From assembly GCA_963664305.2 (NCBI GenBank), contig CAXXLV010000001.1, positions 448,001-512,000 of the forward strand: a stretch of DNA of 64,000 nt, given 5' to 3'. The stretch's first letter is position 1, and each line of letters begins with the position of its first letter. The position numbers and the translations under genes were made by a program. Below are positions 30,442 through 39,998 of the stretch, piece after piece. This stretch comes from an uncultured Aliarcobacter sp. (GTDB taxonomy: Bacteria > Campylobacterota > Campylobacteria > Campylobacterales > Arcobacteraceae). The notes under the pieces were generated by a model that saw nothing but the letters and a program-made list of their open reading frames with translations, was not told the DNA's origin and did not search any database.

Positions 30442-31360
30442 TTTATTTTTATTTTTTATTTTTACTATTCCTGTACTATTTGGAGTATTTGCTTTAACAA
30501 CATACTCTTTTTATTCAAAAGTAAGAAATAAAAAATATTTAATAAATTTATTATCAAGTACAAATAGTAAAATTATTGATAAAAATAAAATCGATAATTT
30601 CTCAACAAAAGATGACAATTGGCTTATCAAAAAACTAAGATTTGCAGGTTTTAATTCAAAGGGTGCAGAAGTAATTTTTATTTTAATAAGCCTTGGATTT
30701 GGATTTTTATCTGCTGCATTTGTATATTTTGTTGCAAATTCTAAAATCATATTTATCTTTTGTTTTTTAATCTTTTCTTTTTTCCCTTATTTAGTTTTAG
30801 TAAAAATCATAAAATCAAGAGAAGAAGAGTTCAATTTTAATTTAAAAGAATTAATTGACAAAGTTACAAGTATGATGAAAAGTGGTGTTGGTTTTGAACA
30901 AGCTTTAAAAAAATCAATTCTAACTTGTAAATCAAAACTTACAAAAGATATTTTTTCAATTTATATTAATGAAAAATCAATTATTGGTGAAGATAAATGT
31001 TTTGAAAAAATGTTTGATATTATTGAATCAAAAGAGTTAAGGATTTTTTATCTAACTATTTCAATAGGAAGAAAATCTGGAGGTAAATTTTCTAATACAT
31101 TAGAAAAATTAAGAAAAACATTACATGACCAAGGTGAAATTAAACAAGAAATCACTTCATCAACAAAAGAGATAAAAATTGGAACTTACTTTATTATAGG
31201 TATTACAGTTTTTATTTATATTATGTTGAATCAAGCACTAAATAATGTACTTAATCAACATTTTTTTGGTAGTGATACAGGGAAACTTCAAATGTTTTTT
31301 ATTGTTGTTTGGGTTTCATTTGGTATATTTGTAAATAGCTTATTAACAAAGATTAAATAA
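30434..31360 (+). CDS. tadB: TadB inner-membrane platform protein (T2SSF fold)
   Basis: TM pattern, MKSGVGFEQAL and KSGGKFSNTL motifs; follows tadA. Confidence 0.85.
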   Translation: MDNLFLFFIFTIPVLFGVFALTTYSFYSKVRNKKYLINLLSSTNSKIIDKNKIDNFSTKDDNWLIKKLRFAGFNSKGAEVIFILISLGFGFLSAAFVYFVANSKIIFIFCFLIFSFFPYLVLVKIIKSREEEFNFNLKELIDKVTSMMKSGVGFEQALKKSILTCKSKLTKDIFSIYINEKSIIGEDKCFEKMFDIIESKELRIFYLTISIGRKSGGKFSNTLEKLRKTLHDQGEIKQEITSSTKEIKIGTYFIIGITVFIYIMLNQALNNVLNQHFFGSDTGKLQMFFIVVWVSFGIFVNSLLTKIK

Positions 31361-32199
31361 TGGAAAAATCACTTTTACTACTAATATTAGCACCTGTTGT
31401 ATTAGCCTTTATTTTCCTAATTACACTTGTTTTCCTTGAAAAAAGAAAACAACAAAAAAGTATTATTCTTCTTTCAAAAATGGATAATAAAGCAATTATT
31501 GACCAACAAAGAACAAAGAAAAAAGACAGCACTGGTCTTACTATGAAATTAATTCAATCTGGAATTACTTATAAAGAGTATACGGAAGCTAGATTAGTTT
31601 TTGCAATAATTGGTTTAATACTTATGTGTACATTACCTTTCTTTTTTTCAATCACAGTTGGAATAATAAGTGTGGCTGTTGGGATTTTATGTATTGTTTT
31701 TGGTGGAGATATGTATTTAAGTATCTCGAAATCTGAAAGAATTGAAAAAATCAACAATGACTTAGGTGTTTTTTTGGATTTAGTAAATGTTATTTTAGAA
31801 GCTGGAGGAAGTTTAAAAAATGCATTTTTTGAAGTTTCAAAAAGAGGTGTTGGGATAATTGACCAAGAATTATTAAAAGAAATTGCAATTTTAGAATATG
31901 AAATGACAAATTACTCTTCAAAAGTTGCATATGAAAATCTAAAAAATAGAATTGATAGTAGAGAAGTTGATAAGATAGTTGATTTCTTGATTTTAAGTGA
32001 AGAAACAGGAATTGGTGTAAAAAATATTTTTACAATGCAGTCTGATGAAATGAGAAAAGAAAAATTTTATAAAATAAAAGGAAAGGTTAACACTCTTAAC
32101 ATGTATCTGATGTTAATAATCTTTCTTTTTGTTTTACCAGCATTTGGAGCATTTATAATTTTCCCAATGATGGCAGGCAAAATAACAATGGGATTATAA
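31360..32199 (+). CDS. tadC: TadC inner-membrane platform protein
   Basis: FLDLVNVILEAGGSLKNA, EETG and C-terminal FVLPA motifs. Confidence 0.85.
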   Translation: MEKSLLLLILAPVVLAFIFLITLVFLEKRKQQKSIILLSKMDNKAIIDQQRTKKKDSTGLTMKLIQSGITYKEYTEARLVFAIIGLILMCTLPFFFSITVGIISVAVGILCIVFGGDMYLSISKSERIEKINNDLGVFLDLVNVILEAGGSLKNAFFEVSKRGVGIIDQELLKEIAILEYEMTNYSSKVAYENLKNRIDSREVDKIVDFLILSEETGIGVKNIFTMQSDEMRKEKFYKIKGKVNTLNMYLMLIIFLFVLPAFGAFIIFPMMAGKITMGL

Positions 32200-32217
32200 T
32201 TTAAATAAGGAAAAAGT

Positions 32218-33417
32218 ATGCAGGTAAATAAACAATTAATAGTTATTATAATATTGGCTTCACTGCTATTCTCAGCGCTAGGTGCAGCGTTTTATTTTTA
32301 TAACAAAAATAAAAAATCAATGGATGAGCAAAATCAATTAGTAACTATCTATATTGCAAAAGATGATATCCCCAAAGATACATTACTAACCACTGAACAT
32401 TTAGCACAAACGAATATTGCTAAACAATTTATTTTAAATAAACCATTGGTAAAAGAAGAGATTATAGGTAAATATACAAACGAAAGAATTTACAAACATG
32501 AAATATTTCTAAAACAAAAATTAGACACAGAAATAAAAAAAGAGCAAAAAAATTTACTTGAGTTTGAAAAAAGTGCATACAACATGAAATTTGAATTATT
32601 TAGAAATCCAAATTATGCTCTTCAACAAGGTGAATATATCAATGTTATTTCAGTATTCCCAATAGGAGAAGGAGATAACAAAGGAAGATTCTCTGATTTT
32701 GATGTTACTTATGTTGCACCAAATATTAAAATTTTAGGTTTTATTAGAGATGGAAGATATGAAGCAAAATCAATAACAAAACATAAAATTAAAAAAGTAA
32801 TCAACAAAAATGTTGAAGAGGTAGAAGAAGAAATTAAAGCTGATGAAGTGATTTTAGATATAGATTTAGATGTTTTATTGAAACTAATTAAAAACTACAA
32901 TCTAGGTACTCAATTATGGATGACAAGAACTAAGTTTTCAAATGATTACATTCAAGAACTTCAAGATGAGAAAAAAGCATTAGAAGAGCAAAAATCAGAA
33001 AATAACTATAAATCAAATATAATAGAAATTGATTTAAGAGAACCAGTAGTTAGAAAATTCCAATATGTTATGTATCAACCAACAAAAGCTGTTAGTCAAA
33101 AAAGTGCATTGATTGAATATTCTAATAACAAAGAAGAATCTACTACTAAAAATGTTGATATTGTTGCTAATCCAGCAACTTTATGTAAAACAATAAAAGA
33201 TAATTTCATTGTTGGTGTTCCGACTGGTTTTTACATTAGATCAGAAGCAACAAGAAGTTCAAAAGAGAAAACTTTATTAAGTAAAAATACAATTATTCCT
33301 TTTATTGATAAACAAGCAGATTGGTATAGAACTTGTGATGAAAAATATATACATGAAAGTGTTGTAAATGAGGTAAACTCATCATTTGTAAAAGAAAAAT
33401 TGGGGAAATATGAATAA
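32218..33417 (+). CDS. RcpC/CpaB-like protein (TM, SAF domain, RcpC domain) with an SH3b-like C-terminal tail
   Basis: IYIAKDDIPKDTLLT SAF pattern, LQQGEYINVI, C-terminal IRSEAT..S...WY..YI pattern. Confidence 0.75.
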   Translation: MQVNKQLIVIIILASLLFSALGAAFYFYNKNKKSMDEQNQLVTIYIAKDDIPKDTLLTTEHLAQTNIAKQFILNKPLVKEEIIGKYTNERIYKHEIFLKQKLDTEIKKEQKNLLEFEKSAYNMKFELFRNPNYALQQGEYINVISVFPIGEGDNKGRFSDFDVTYVAPNIKILGFIRDGRYEAKSITKHKIKKVINKNVEEVEEEIKADEVILDIDLDVLLKLIKNYNLGTQLWMTRTKFSNDYIQELQDEKKALEEQKSENNYKSNIIEIDLREPVVRKFQYVMYQPTKAVSQKSALIEYSNNKEESTTKNVDIVANPATLCKTIKDNFIVGVPTGFYIRSEATRSSKEKTLLSKNTIIPFIDKQADWYRTCDEKYIHESVVNEVNSSFVKEKLGKYE

Positions 33418-33835
33418 TAAAACTATGAAAAAAGCATTTATAGACCAAATAATACTTTGGATAGTATTATTTACTATTTTTGTATCCTTCTTATTTTTTA
33501 TTATTGATTACTCTAATGCTATTAAGGTAAAGGATAATACAGATGCAATTGCAGATTATATTGCAAGAATGATTGCATTGGATAAAACAGACTATGAAAT
33601 TATAACTGGTGCAAATAAAATAAAAGAGAGTTACTTTGCCGATATACAAGAAGGTGAAATTGTTTGTAATATTGATGCTTCAATATCAAATTATGAAGTT
33701 ATTATGAACGTAAAAACAACTTTAACTAATGGTTTTTTAAATGCAGGAGATAATAATGTGCATTCAAAAACAGTTGTTTTTAATGAGAGTAGTGAATTTC
33801 AAAAAGAGTGTACTTTAACACTATCATTTAACTAG
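33410..33835 (+). CDS. TadE/TadF-like pseudopilin
   Basis: MKKA-FIDQ leader, hydrophobic helix, A...AR..A pattern, two Cys. Confidence 0.65.
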   Translation: MNNKTMKKAFIDQIILWIVLFTIFVSFLFFIIDYSNAIKVKDNTDAIADYIARMIALDKTDYEIITGANKIKESYFADIQEGEIVCNIDASISNYEVIMNVKTTLTNGFLNAGDNNVHSKTVVFNESSEFQKECTLTLSFN

Positions 33836-33844
33836 GGGAAAACA

Positions 33845-35332
33845 ATGAAAATACTAAAAATAATGGCTTATTTATTCTTATTTTTTACATTAGCAAATTC
33901 AAATGAATTGATTCAAAAGAATCTAAATGAAAAAACTTTTACAATAAATAAAGGTTCTTTCAAAATATTAGAGTTTGATAAAATGATAAGAAATGTTAAA
34001 GTAAATGATAAAGAAATTGTTGAAGTTGATTTTGTTGATGATGATATAAAACCATTACAAACACTTAAAATATTTGCAAAAACTATTGGTCATGGAAATG
34101 TATTAGTGACATTTATTGATTCTTCTTCTATGCACATTGATATTAGTATTGTTGAAAATTTACTTGATATTATAAATGTAGCAAAACATATTGCACCAAA
34201 ATTAGATATACAACAAACAAATGGAAAGATTATCTTAAAAGGTTTTATTGACGACCCAAAAACAAAAGTTAAAATATTAGATTTATTTAAAAAAGGTGGA
34301 ATTGATATTGATAAAGATTTAGTTGATTTAATCAGCTTAACAAATCCAGAAAAGATGATTAGATTAAAACTTTATGCTGTTGAAATCAATAATTCAAAAG
34401 GTTTAGATTTAAAAAACAATTGGGTTGTTTCATCAAAAAACTATACAGAAGTTGTTAACACAGATGGTTTATATCATAATGAAAGTCTTAATAATTTTGC
34501 AAGTACAGATGCTCAAAGAAGTAAGCTTGTAAGTGATACAATTGACAAAACAATGGCAAATGCAGTAACTCTAACAGGTGGATTAACTGGTGCAGCTAAT
34601 TATTTAGGGAAATACTTTAATGCTGCATTAACACTTAACTATTTATCAAGTAAAGGTGTTGCATCTATTCTTGATGAAACTACATTGCTAACTTTAGAAA
34701 ATCAAGATGCAACATTTCATGCAGGTGGTACAATTTATTTAAAAATTGCAACTACAACAAATCAAGGTGTACCAACAACAGAAGTTAGAAATATAAATTA
34801 TGGATTACAACTAGATATAAAAGCAGAAAATATTGTTAATAACAACTTTGTAAATCTAAATATCAATACAAAATCTACTCAAATCGATTGGGCAAATACA
34901 GTTGATGGAATACCAAGTTTTACAGAAAAATCAATAAAAACTAACGTTGTTGTAGGTAATCAATCAACAATTATTTTAGGTGGTTTAATTAGCAGCAGTA
35001 GTTCACAAGATGTAGATAAAATTCCACTATTAGGAGATATTCCTATTTTAGGTATGTTATTTACTAGTAAAGCTTTTAAAGAAGGGAAAAGTGAACTTGT
35101 ATTTTTTATAACTCCTGAAATTGTTGACCCAAGAAACAATGACCAATTCGAGAAATTAGATAAAAAAACAAGTTTTACAAAAGAATTAGAAGTAAATAAA
35201 CAAGAATTAGAAGAACAACAAAAACAAGTTATTGAAGAAAATGAAGATGTTGTAGAAGAAAAAGTAGCAGAAACAAATCTTGATTCAAAAACTGAACATG
35301 AAAAAAGAGTAAAAGAACTTTTAGGATACTAA
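33845..35332 (+). CDS. rcpA: RcpA/CpaC pilus secretin
   Basis: Signal peptide, N-domain with FAKTIGHGNV, BON-like segment, secretin signature GGLI...KIPLLGDIPILGMLF...SELVFFITP. Confidence 0.92.
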   Translation: MKILKIMAYLFLFFTLANSNELIQKNLNEKTFTINKGSFKILEFDKMIRNVKVNDKEIVEVDFVDDDIKPLQTLKIFAKTIGHGNVLVTFIDSSSMHIDISIVENLLDIINVAKHIAPKLDIQQTNGKIILKGFIDDPKTKVKILDLFKKGGIDIDKDLVDLISLTNPEKMIRLKLYAVEINNSKGLDLKNNWVVSSKNYTEVVNTDGLYHNESLNNFASTDAQRSKLVSDTIDKTMANAVTLTGGLTGAANYLGKYFNAALTLNYLSSKGVASILDETTLLTLENQDATFHAGGTIYLKIATTTNQGVPTTEVRNINYGLQLDIKAENIVNNNFVNLNINTKSTQIDWANTVDGIPSFTEKSIKTNVVVGNQSTIILGGLISSSSSQDVDKIPLLGDIPILGMLFTSKAFKEGKSELVFFITPEIVDPRNNDQFEKLDKKTSFTKELEVNKQELEEQQKQVIEENEDVVEEKVAETNLDSKTEHEKRVKELLGY

Positions 35333-35357
35333 TAAGAAGAGATCAACTCTTCTTATT
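35331..35357. terminator. Bidirectional terminator between rcpA and the peroxidase gene
   Basis: Perfect 11-bp stem AATAAGAAGAG-atcaa-CTCTTCTTATT. Confidence 0.75.
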
Positions 35358-36380
35358 TTAATTAAATGTTGGTTTTTCAGTTTCAATTGTAGATTCAGGA
35401 AGTTGTGGGTAGATAATTTGAGGTTTGTCACCTTTTAATGATTTAAAAAATGTTACAATTTTTGCTGAATCTTCATCTGAAATATTTATTCCCAATTGAA
35501 CTGAACCCATTTCTTTAACAGCTTCATTTAAAGACCAAATTTGACCATTATGGAAATATGGTGCTGTTTCAGTGATATTTCTTAATGTTGGCGTTTTTAC
35601 CATACCATTTGCATCTCCTTTAAAATCACCTACATTTGTAAATTTATATTGTGAAGCCACTTGGAATGGCTGCATTGTTCCACCTAGTGCAATTCCACTA
35701 TGACAAGCCGTACAACCTTTATCAATAAATGTATTTAAGCCCTCTTTTTCTTCTTTTGTTAAAGCTTTATCATCACCGCTTAAAAATTTATCAAATCTTG
35801 ATGGTGTAACTAAAGTTTTTTCAAAAGTTGCGATTGTTGCTGTAATTTTCTCAAAATCTACTTTTACATCTTTTCCATATGCAGTTTTAAATTCATTAAT
35901 ATATTCAGGTATTGAATTAATTCTTTGTTCAACTAATGCAGGTGGTGCAGCCATCTCTGGACCTGCTTGAACTGGACCTTGTGCTTGATCAGCTAAATGA
36001 GGACTTCTTCCATCCCAAAATTGAGCTTTGAAAAATACTGAATTATATACTGTTGGAGAATTAAGATGATGAGGATTTGCTGTCCAACCATGTCCAATTG
36101 CAGCGGGAACTCCATCTGCACCACCTAAAGCTAAATTATGGCAAGTATTACAAGAAATTAATCCACTTCTTGAAAGTCGTGGATCAAAATAAAGTTTTTT
36201 ACCTAATTCAATTTTTTCTTTAGTAATTGGATCATTTTTATCATCGATCATCTTCATTAATTTTGTTTTATCAGCTGGTATTGCTTCTAAACCACTATTT
36301 TTTGCTTTTTCAACTAATGTTGTTGCTAGTAATGAACTTGCACCTAATAAACAAATTGCCAATGATTTTACAATTTTCAT
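35358..36380 (-). CDS. ccpA: Di-heme cytochrome c peroxidase
   Basis: Signal peptide, CNTCH and CTACH, QFWDGR, KTPTLRNI..TAPYFHNG. Confidence 0.93.
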   Translation of the reverse strand: MKIVKSLAICLLGASSLLATTLVEKAKNSGLEAIPADKTKLMKMIDDKNDPITKEKIELGKKLYFDPRLSRSGLISCNTCHNLALGGADGVPAAIGHGWTANPHHLNSPTVYNSVFFKAQFWDGRSPHLADQAQGPVQAGPEMAAPPALVEQRINSIPEYINEFKTAYGKDVKVDFEKITATIATFEKTLVTPSRFDKFLSGDDKALTKEEKEGLNTFIDKGCTACHSGIALGGTMQPFQVASQYKFTNVGDFKGDANGMVKTPTLRNITETAPYFHNGQIWSLNEAVKEMGSVQLGINISDEDSAKIVTFFKSLKGDKPQIIYPQLPESTIETEKPTFN

Positions 36381-36577
36381 AATAACCCCTTTAAAATAAT
36401 AATTTTAACTATAGGATAAATATTATTAAATGAAAATTAATTTTATTCTTATTTATAATTAATTTCATAAATTTTTCTTATAATAAAAGATAAAAAATAT
36501 CCTATTTTATGGTACTTTTTAGAATTTAATTTGAGATATCTTTTGTCTTATTTATATTTTTTAATTATAAATTATAA

Positions 36578-37048
36578 TTATTTAAGAAGATTTTTTATGA
36601 TTGAGTTTACACCAATATGCAGATTATATGTTGAAATAGGAAAATCTAAAATATCTTCATCAGTAACATTAATTCTATTTGATAAAAGATAAGTTTCCAA
36701 TTTTTCTATATCTATTTCTTTATAGTCTTTATCTTTATGTTCAGTTCTTTGAAGTTTATTTTTTTCATTACTTTGTTTGATTATAAAATACAAAATTCTT
36801 AAACAAACTAAGTCACTCCATCTAAAAAATAGATTACTATCTAGTTCATTTAGTATCTTTCCTTCAGGATTAAATAGTAAATCTTGTTCTTTTAATGGAA
36901 TTAATATAGACAGTATTGCATCAGTATAAGGAATAATTTTTTCTTTCCAGAAATCAGCCTCATCACTTTTTTCTAATCTATCTTTTAATATTTCAAGTAT
37001 CTCTTCACTAGAAGAATTTTGCAAAAGTTGAGTTAAATAATCAAGCAT
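36578..37048 (-). CDS. Hypothetical acidic helical protein translationally coupled to dxs
   Basis: 156-aa ORF with TAATG overlap on the dxs stop. Confidence 0.7.
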   Translation of the reverse strand: MLDYLTQLLQNSSSEEILEILKDRLEKSDEADFWKEKIIPYTDAILSILIPLKEQDLLFNPEGKILNELDSNLFFRWSDLVCLRILYFIIKQSNEKNKLQRTEHKDKDYKEIDIEKLETYLLSNRINVTDEDILDFPISTYNLHIGVNSIIKNLLK

Positions 37049-38862
37049 TATTTAACTTTTAATACTAATTGTTCAGGCAATAATTCTAAACTTTGTTCAA
37101 CTTGTTTTGTATCACCATGCTCAATAAAATTATCACTATATTCAAATGATGTGATTTGTACATTATGTATTTTTTCATCATTTAATACTTCTAATATTGC
37201 ACTAGAAACTCCACCTTGTTTTTGAGAATCACTAAATACATACCAACTATCATATTTTTTTGAAAGTTCAATCAACATCTCTTTATCAATTGGTTTGATA
37301 AATCTTAAATCCAAGATTGTAATATCTTCTTCATGTAAGTTTTCAGTATCAATAGCACGACTAACTCCTGCACCATAACCAATAAATAGCTTATTTGAAC
37401 TCCCAACTTTAAGAAGTTCTGCTTTCCCAAAAATAAATTGAGTTGAAGTATAAGTTAATTCTTTAAAATTTCCTCTTGGATATCTAATAGCACATGGACT
37501 GTTTAAACCATATGCAAATTCTAATGAATACTCTAAAGTTTTATTATCTCTTGGGGCAAATAAAACCATATTTGGAATAAATCTTAAATATGAAATATCA
37601 AATGCACCTTGATGTGTTTCTCCATCATTTCCAACAATTCCTGCTCTATCCATTGCAAAAACTACAGGTAAATTCATCAAACAAACATCATGAATAATTT
37701 GGTCAAATCCTCTTTGTAAAAATGTTGAATAAATTGTAATATATGGTTTAAAGCCCTCTTTTGCCATTGCAGCCATAGAAGTAATTGCATGTTGTTCTGC
37801 AATTGCAACATCCCAAAATCTTTCAGGAAACTTATCCATAAGTTTATTTATTCCTGTACCACTAGGCATTGCAGCAGTAACTCCAACAACATTTTCATAT
37901 TTTGTTGCCAATCCAACTAATGCATCAGCAAATACAGCTGTTGCAGATTTTGGAGCAATTTTTTTTACAAATTCACCATCTTCAATATTAAAAGGTCCAA
38001 CTCCATGCCACTCTTCATGTTGCCCTTCTGCAATTTTATAACCTTTTCCTTTTATTGTATGAGCATGAACAATAACAGGTTTTTGCATAGCTTTTGCAAT
38101 TTCTAAAGTTTCAATTACCTCTTCTAAATCATGTCCGTCAATTGGTCCTATATAATCAAGTCCCATCTCTTCAAATAAAATTCCAGGAGTTATAAGTTTC
38201 ATAGCTTCTTCCATACGTTTAGCTATATATGTAGTACCTTCAGGCATATTATTTCTAATAAATTTATCAACTTTTGATTTAAAACCTTGATAATATTTTC
38301 CTGCAAGAAGTTTTGAAAGATATTTTGAGATAGCTCCAATTGGTTTTGCAATACTCATTTCATTATCATTTAAAATAATTACAACAGGAAGTTTTAAATC
38401 ACCAAGCTCATTTAAAGCTTCATAAACCATTCCAGCTGTCATAGAACCATCACCTATCATAACAACAGGTATTCTATTTTCATTTTTTAATTTTATTGAT
38501 TTTGCTGCACCAACAGCTAAAGAAATTGAAGTTGAGCTATGACCAGCAACAAAATAATCAGCTACAGATTCATTTGGTTTTGTAAACCCACTTAAACCAC
38601 CAAATTGTCTTATAGTTTCAAACTCATCCCAACGTCCAGTTAATAGTTTATGAGGATAACATTGATGCGAAACGTCAAAAATAAAAGGGTCACTATATGC
38701 ATCAAATACATAATGCATACCAAGAGTTAACTCAACTGCACCAAGTGTAGATGAAAAATGTCCACCCTTTCTTGATACAACATCAATTATTCTTTCTCTT
38801 ATATCTTGAGAAAGTTCTTTTAACTCTTCTAGTGATTTATCTTTTATTTCCATTTCAAACAA
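37048..38862 (-). CDS. dxs: 1-deoxy-D-xylulose-5-phosphate synthase
   Basis: GGHFSS, GHSSTSIS, GDGSMTAG..EALN and DGETHQG motifs. Confidence 0.97.
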   Translation of the reverse strand: MFEMEIKDKSLEELKELSQDIRERIIDVVSRKGGHFSSTLGAVELTLGMHYVFDAYSDPFIFDVSHQCYPHKLLTGRWDEFETIRQFGGLSGFTKPNESVADYFVAGHSSTSISLAVGAAKSIKLKNENRIPVVMIGDGSMTAGMVYEALNELGDLKLPVVIILNDNEMSIAKPIGAISKYLSKLLAGKYYQGFKSKVDKFIRNNMPEGTTYIAKRMEEAMKLITPGILFEEMGLDYIGPIDGHDLEEVIETLEIAKAMQKPVIVHAHTIKGKGYKIAEGQHEEWHGVGPFNIEDGEFVKKIAPKSATAVFADALVGLATKYENVVGVTAAMPSGTGINKLMDKFPERFWDVAIAEQHAITSMAAMAKEGFKPYITIYSTFLQRGFDQIIHDVCLMNLPVVFAMDRAGIVGNDGETHQGAFDISYLRFIPNMVLFAPRDNKTLEYSLEFAYGLNSPCAIRYPRGNFKELTYTSTQFIFGKAELLKVGSSNKLFIGYGAGVSRAIDTENLHEEDITILDLRFIKPIDKEMLIELSKKYDSWYVFSDSQKQGGVSSAILEVLNDEKIHNVQITSFEYSDNFIEHGDTKQVEQSLELLPEQLVLKVK

Positions 38863-38865
38863 ACT

Positions 38866-39972
38866 TTATTTTAAATTTTCTAATACTTCGTCTAATTGTT
38901 CAAATACTTTTGTATTTTGTTCAGTTCTTCCAATCGTAATTCTAATTGCATTTTGACCATAACCAGTTAAATCTCTTACAATTACTCCACGTTCTAGAAG
39001 TTTTTGAGCTACTTCTTTTGATACAAATTTATCTCCAAATTTAATTGTAATAAAATTTGTATATGAAGGAATATATTCAAATCCTTTATTTGTTGCATAC
39101 TCTTCATATCTTGTCATCTCTTCAAAGTTTTTAGCAATACACTCATTTACAAACTCTTCATCTTTTAATGCTTCAATTGCAGCTGCTAAAGTTAAAGTTG
39201 TAATATTAAATGGAGCTCTTAATTTATATAAAGTTTGAACTACATCAGGTTGTGCAATACCATATCCAACTCTCATTCCCCCAAGGGCATATGCTTTAGA
39301 GAAAGTTCCTAAATAAATTGCATTTGGAAATTTAGTAATTAAATCTTTTGCATTTATTCTTTTTTTCTCATCTTTAAAAGAAGCATACTCTTGATAAGCT
39401 CCATCTACAACAACTAAAGTTTCAGGACTTACTGTTTCTAAGAATGCATAAACATCATCTTTATTTACACATTCACCTAAAGGATTATTTGGAATACATA
39501 AGAAAATTACATCTGCACCATGTTCTTTATATAGTTTTGAGAATTCTTCAAGATTGTGTTGTTCAGAATCTGTTTTAATAATAGTTGCACCAGTTTGTTT
39601 TCCATAAATTTCATACATAGCAAAAGTTGTTTTTGCCATTAAAATTTTTGAACCTTTTTCACATTTTGCATGAACGCAGAACTCTAAAATTTGGTCACTT
39701 CCAGAACCAATGATTACATTTTTACTATCAACTTCAAATTTTTTTGCCAAGGCTTCTTTTAATTCATACATTGAATCATCAGGATAAACAAACATATTTT
39801 TTGCTAATTCTTGAATCTTTGCAACAACTTTTGGGCTAGTTCCATATGGATTTTCATTTGAAGCTAATTTGATTACATTTTCAGGTTTAACACCATATTC
39901 TCTTACAACTAATTCTATTGGTTTTCCTGCTTCATATGTTGAAACATTCTCTAATACTTCATTAAATTTCAT
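38866..39972 (-). CDS. hisC: Histidinol-phosphate aminotransferase
   Basis: KLASNENP and [15 protein letters not shown] motifs. Confidence 0.93.
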   Translation of the reverse strand: MKFNEVLENVSTYEAGKPIELVVREYGVKPENVIKLASNENPYGTSPKVVAKIQELAKNMFVYPDDSMYELKEALAKKFEVDSKNVIIGSGSDQILEFCVHAKCEKGSKILMAKTTFAMYEIYGKQTGATIIKTDSEQHNLEEFSKLYKEHGADVIFLCIPNNPLGECVNKDDVYAFLETVSPETLVVVDGAYQEYASFKDEKKRINAKDLITKFPNAIYLGTFSKAYALGGMRVGYGIAQPDVVQTLYKLRAPFNITTLTLAAAIEALKDEEFVNECIAKNFEEMTRYEEYATNKGFEYIPSYTNFITIKFGDKFVSKEVAQKLLERGVIVRDLTGYGQNAIRITIGRTEQNTKVFEQLDEVLENLK

Positions 39973-39998
39973 CTACTTTTCCTAAATTATTTAATTTT

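Noticed and set aside
25347..35357. Tad locus as a recently acquired mobile island
   Set aside because: No integrase, transposase, tRNA attachment site or flanking direct repeats seen, and composition looks host-like
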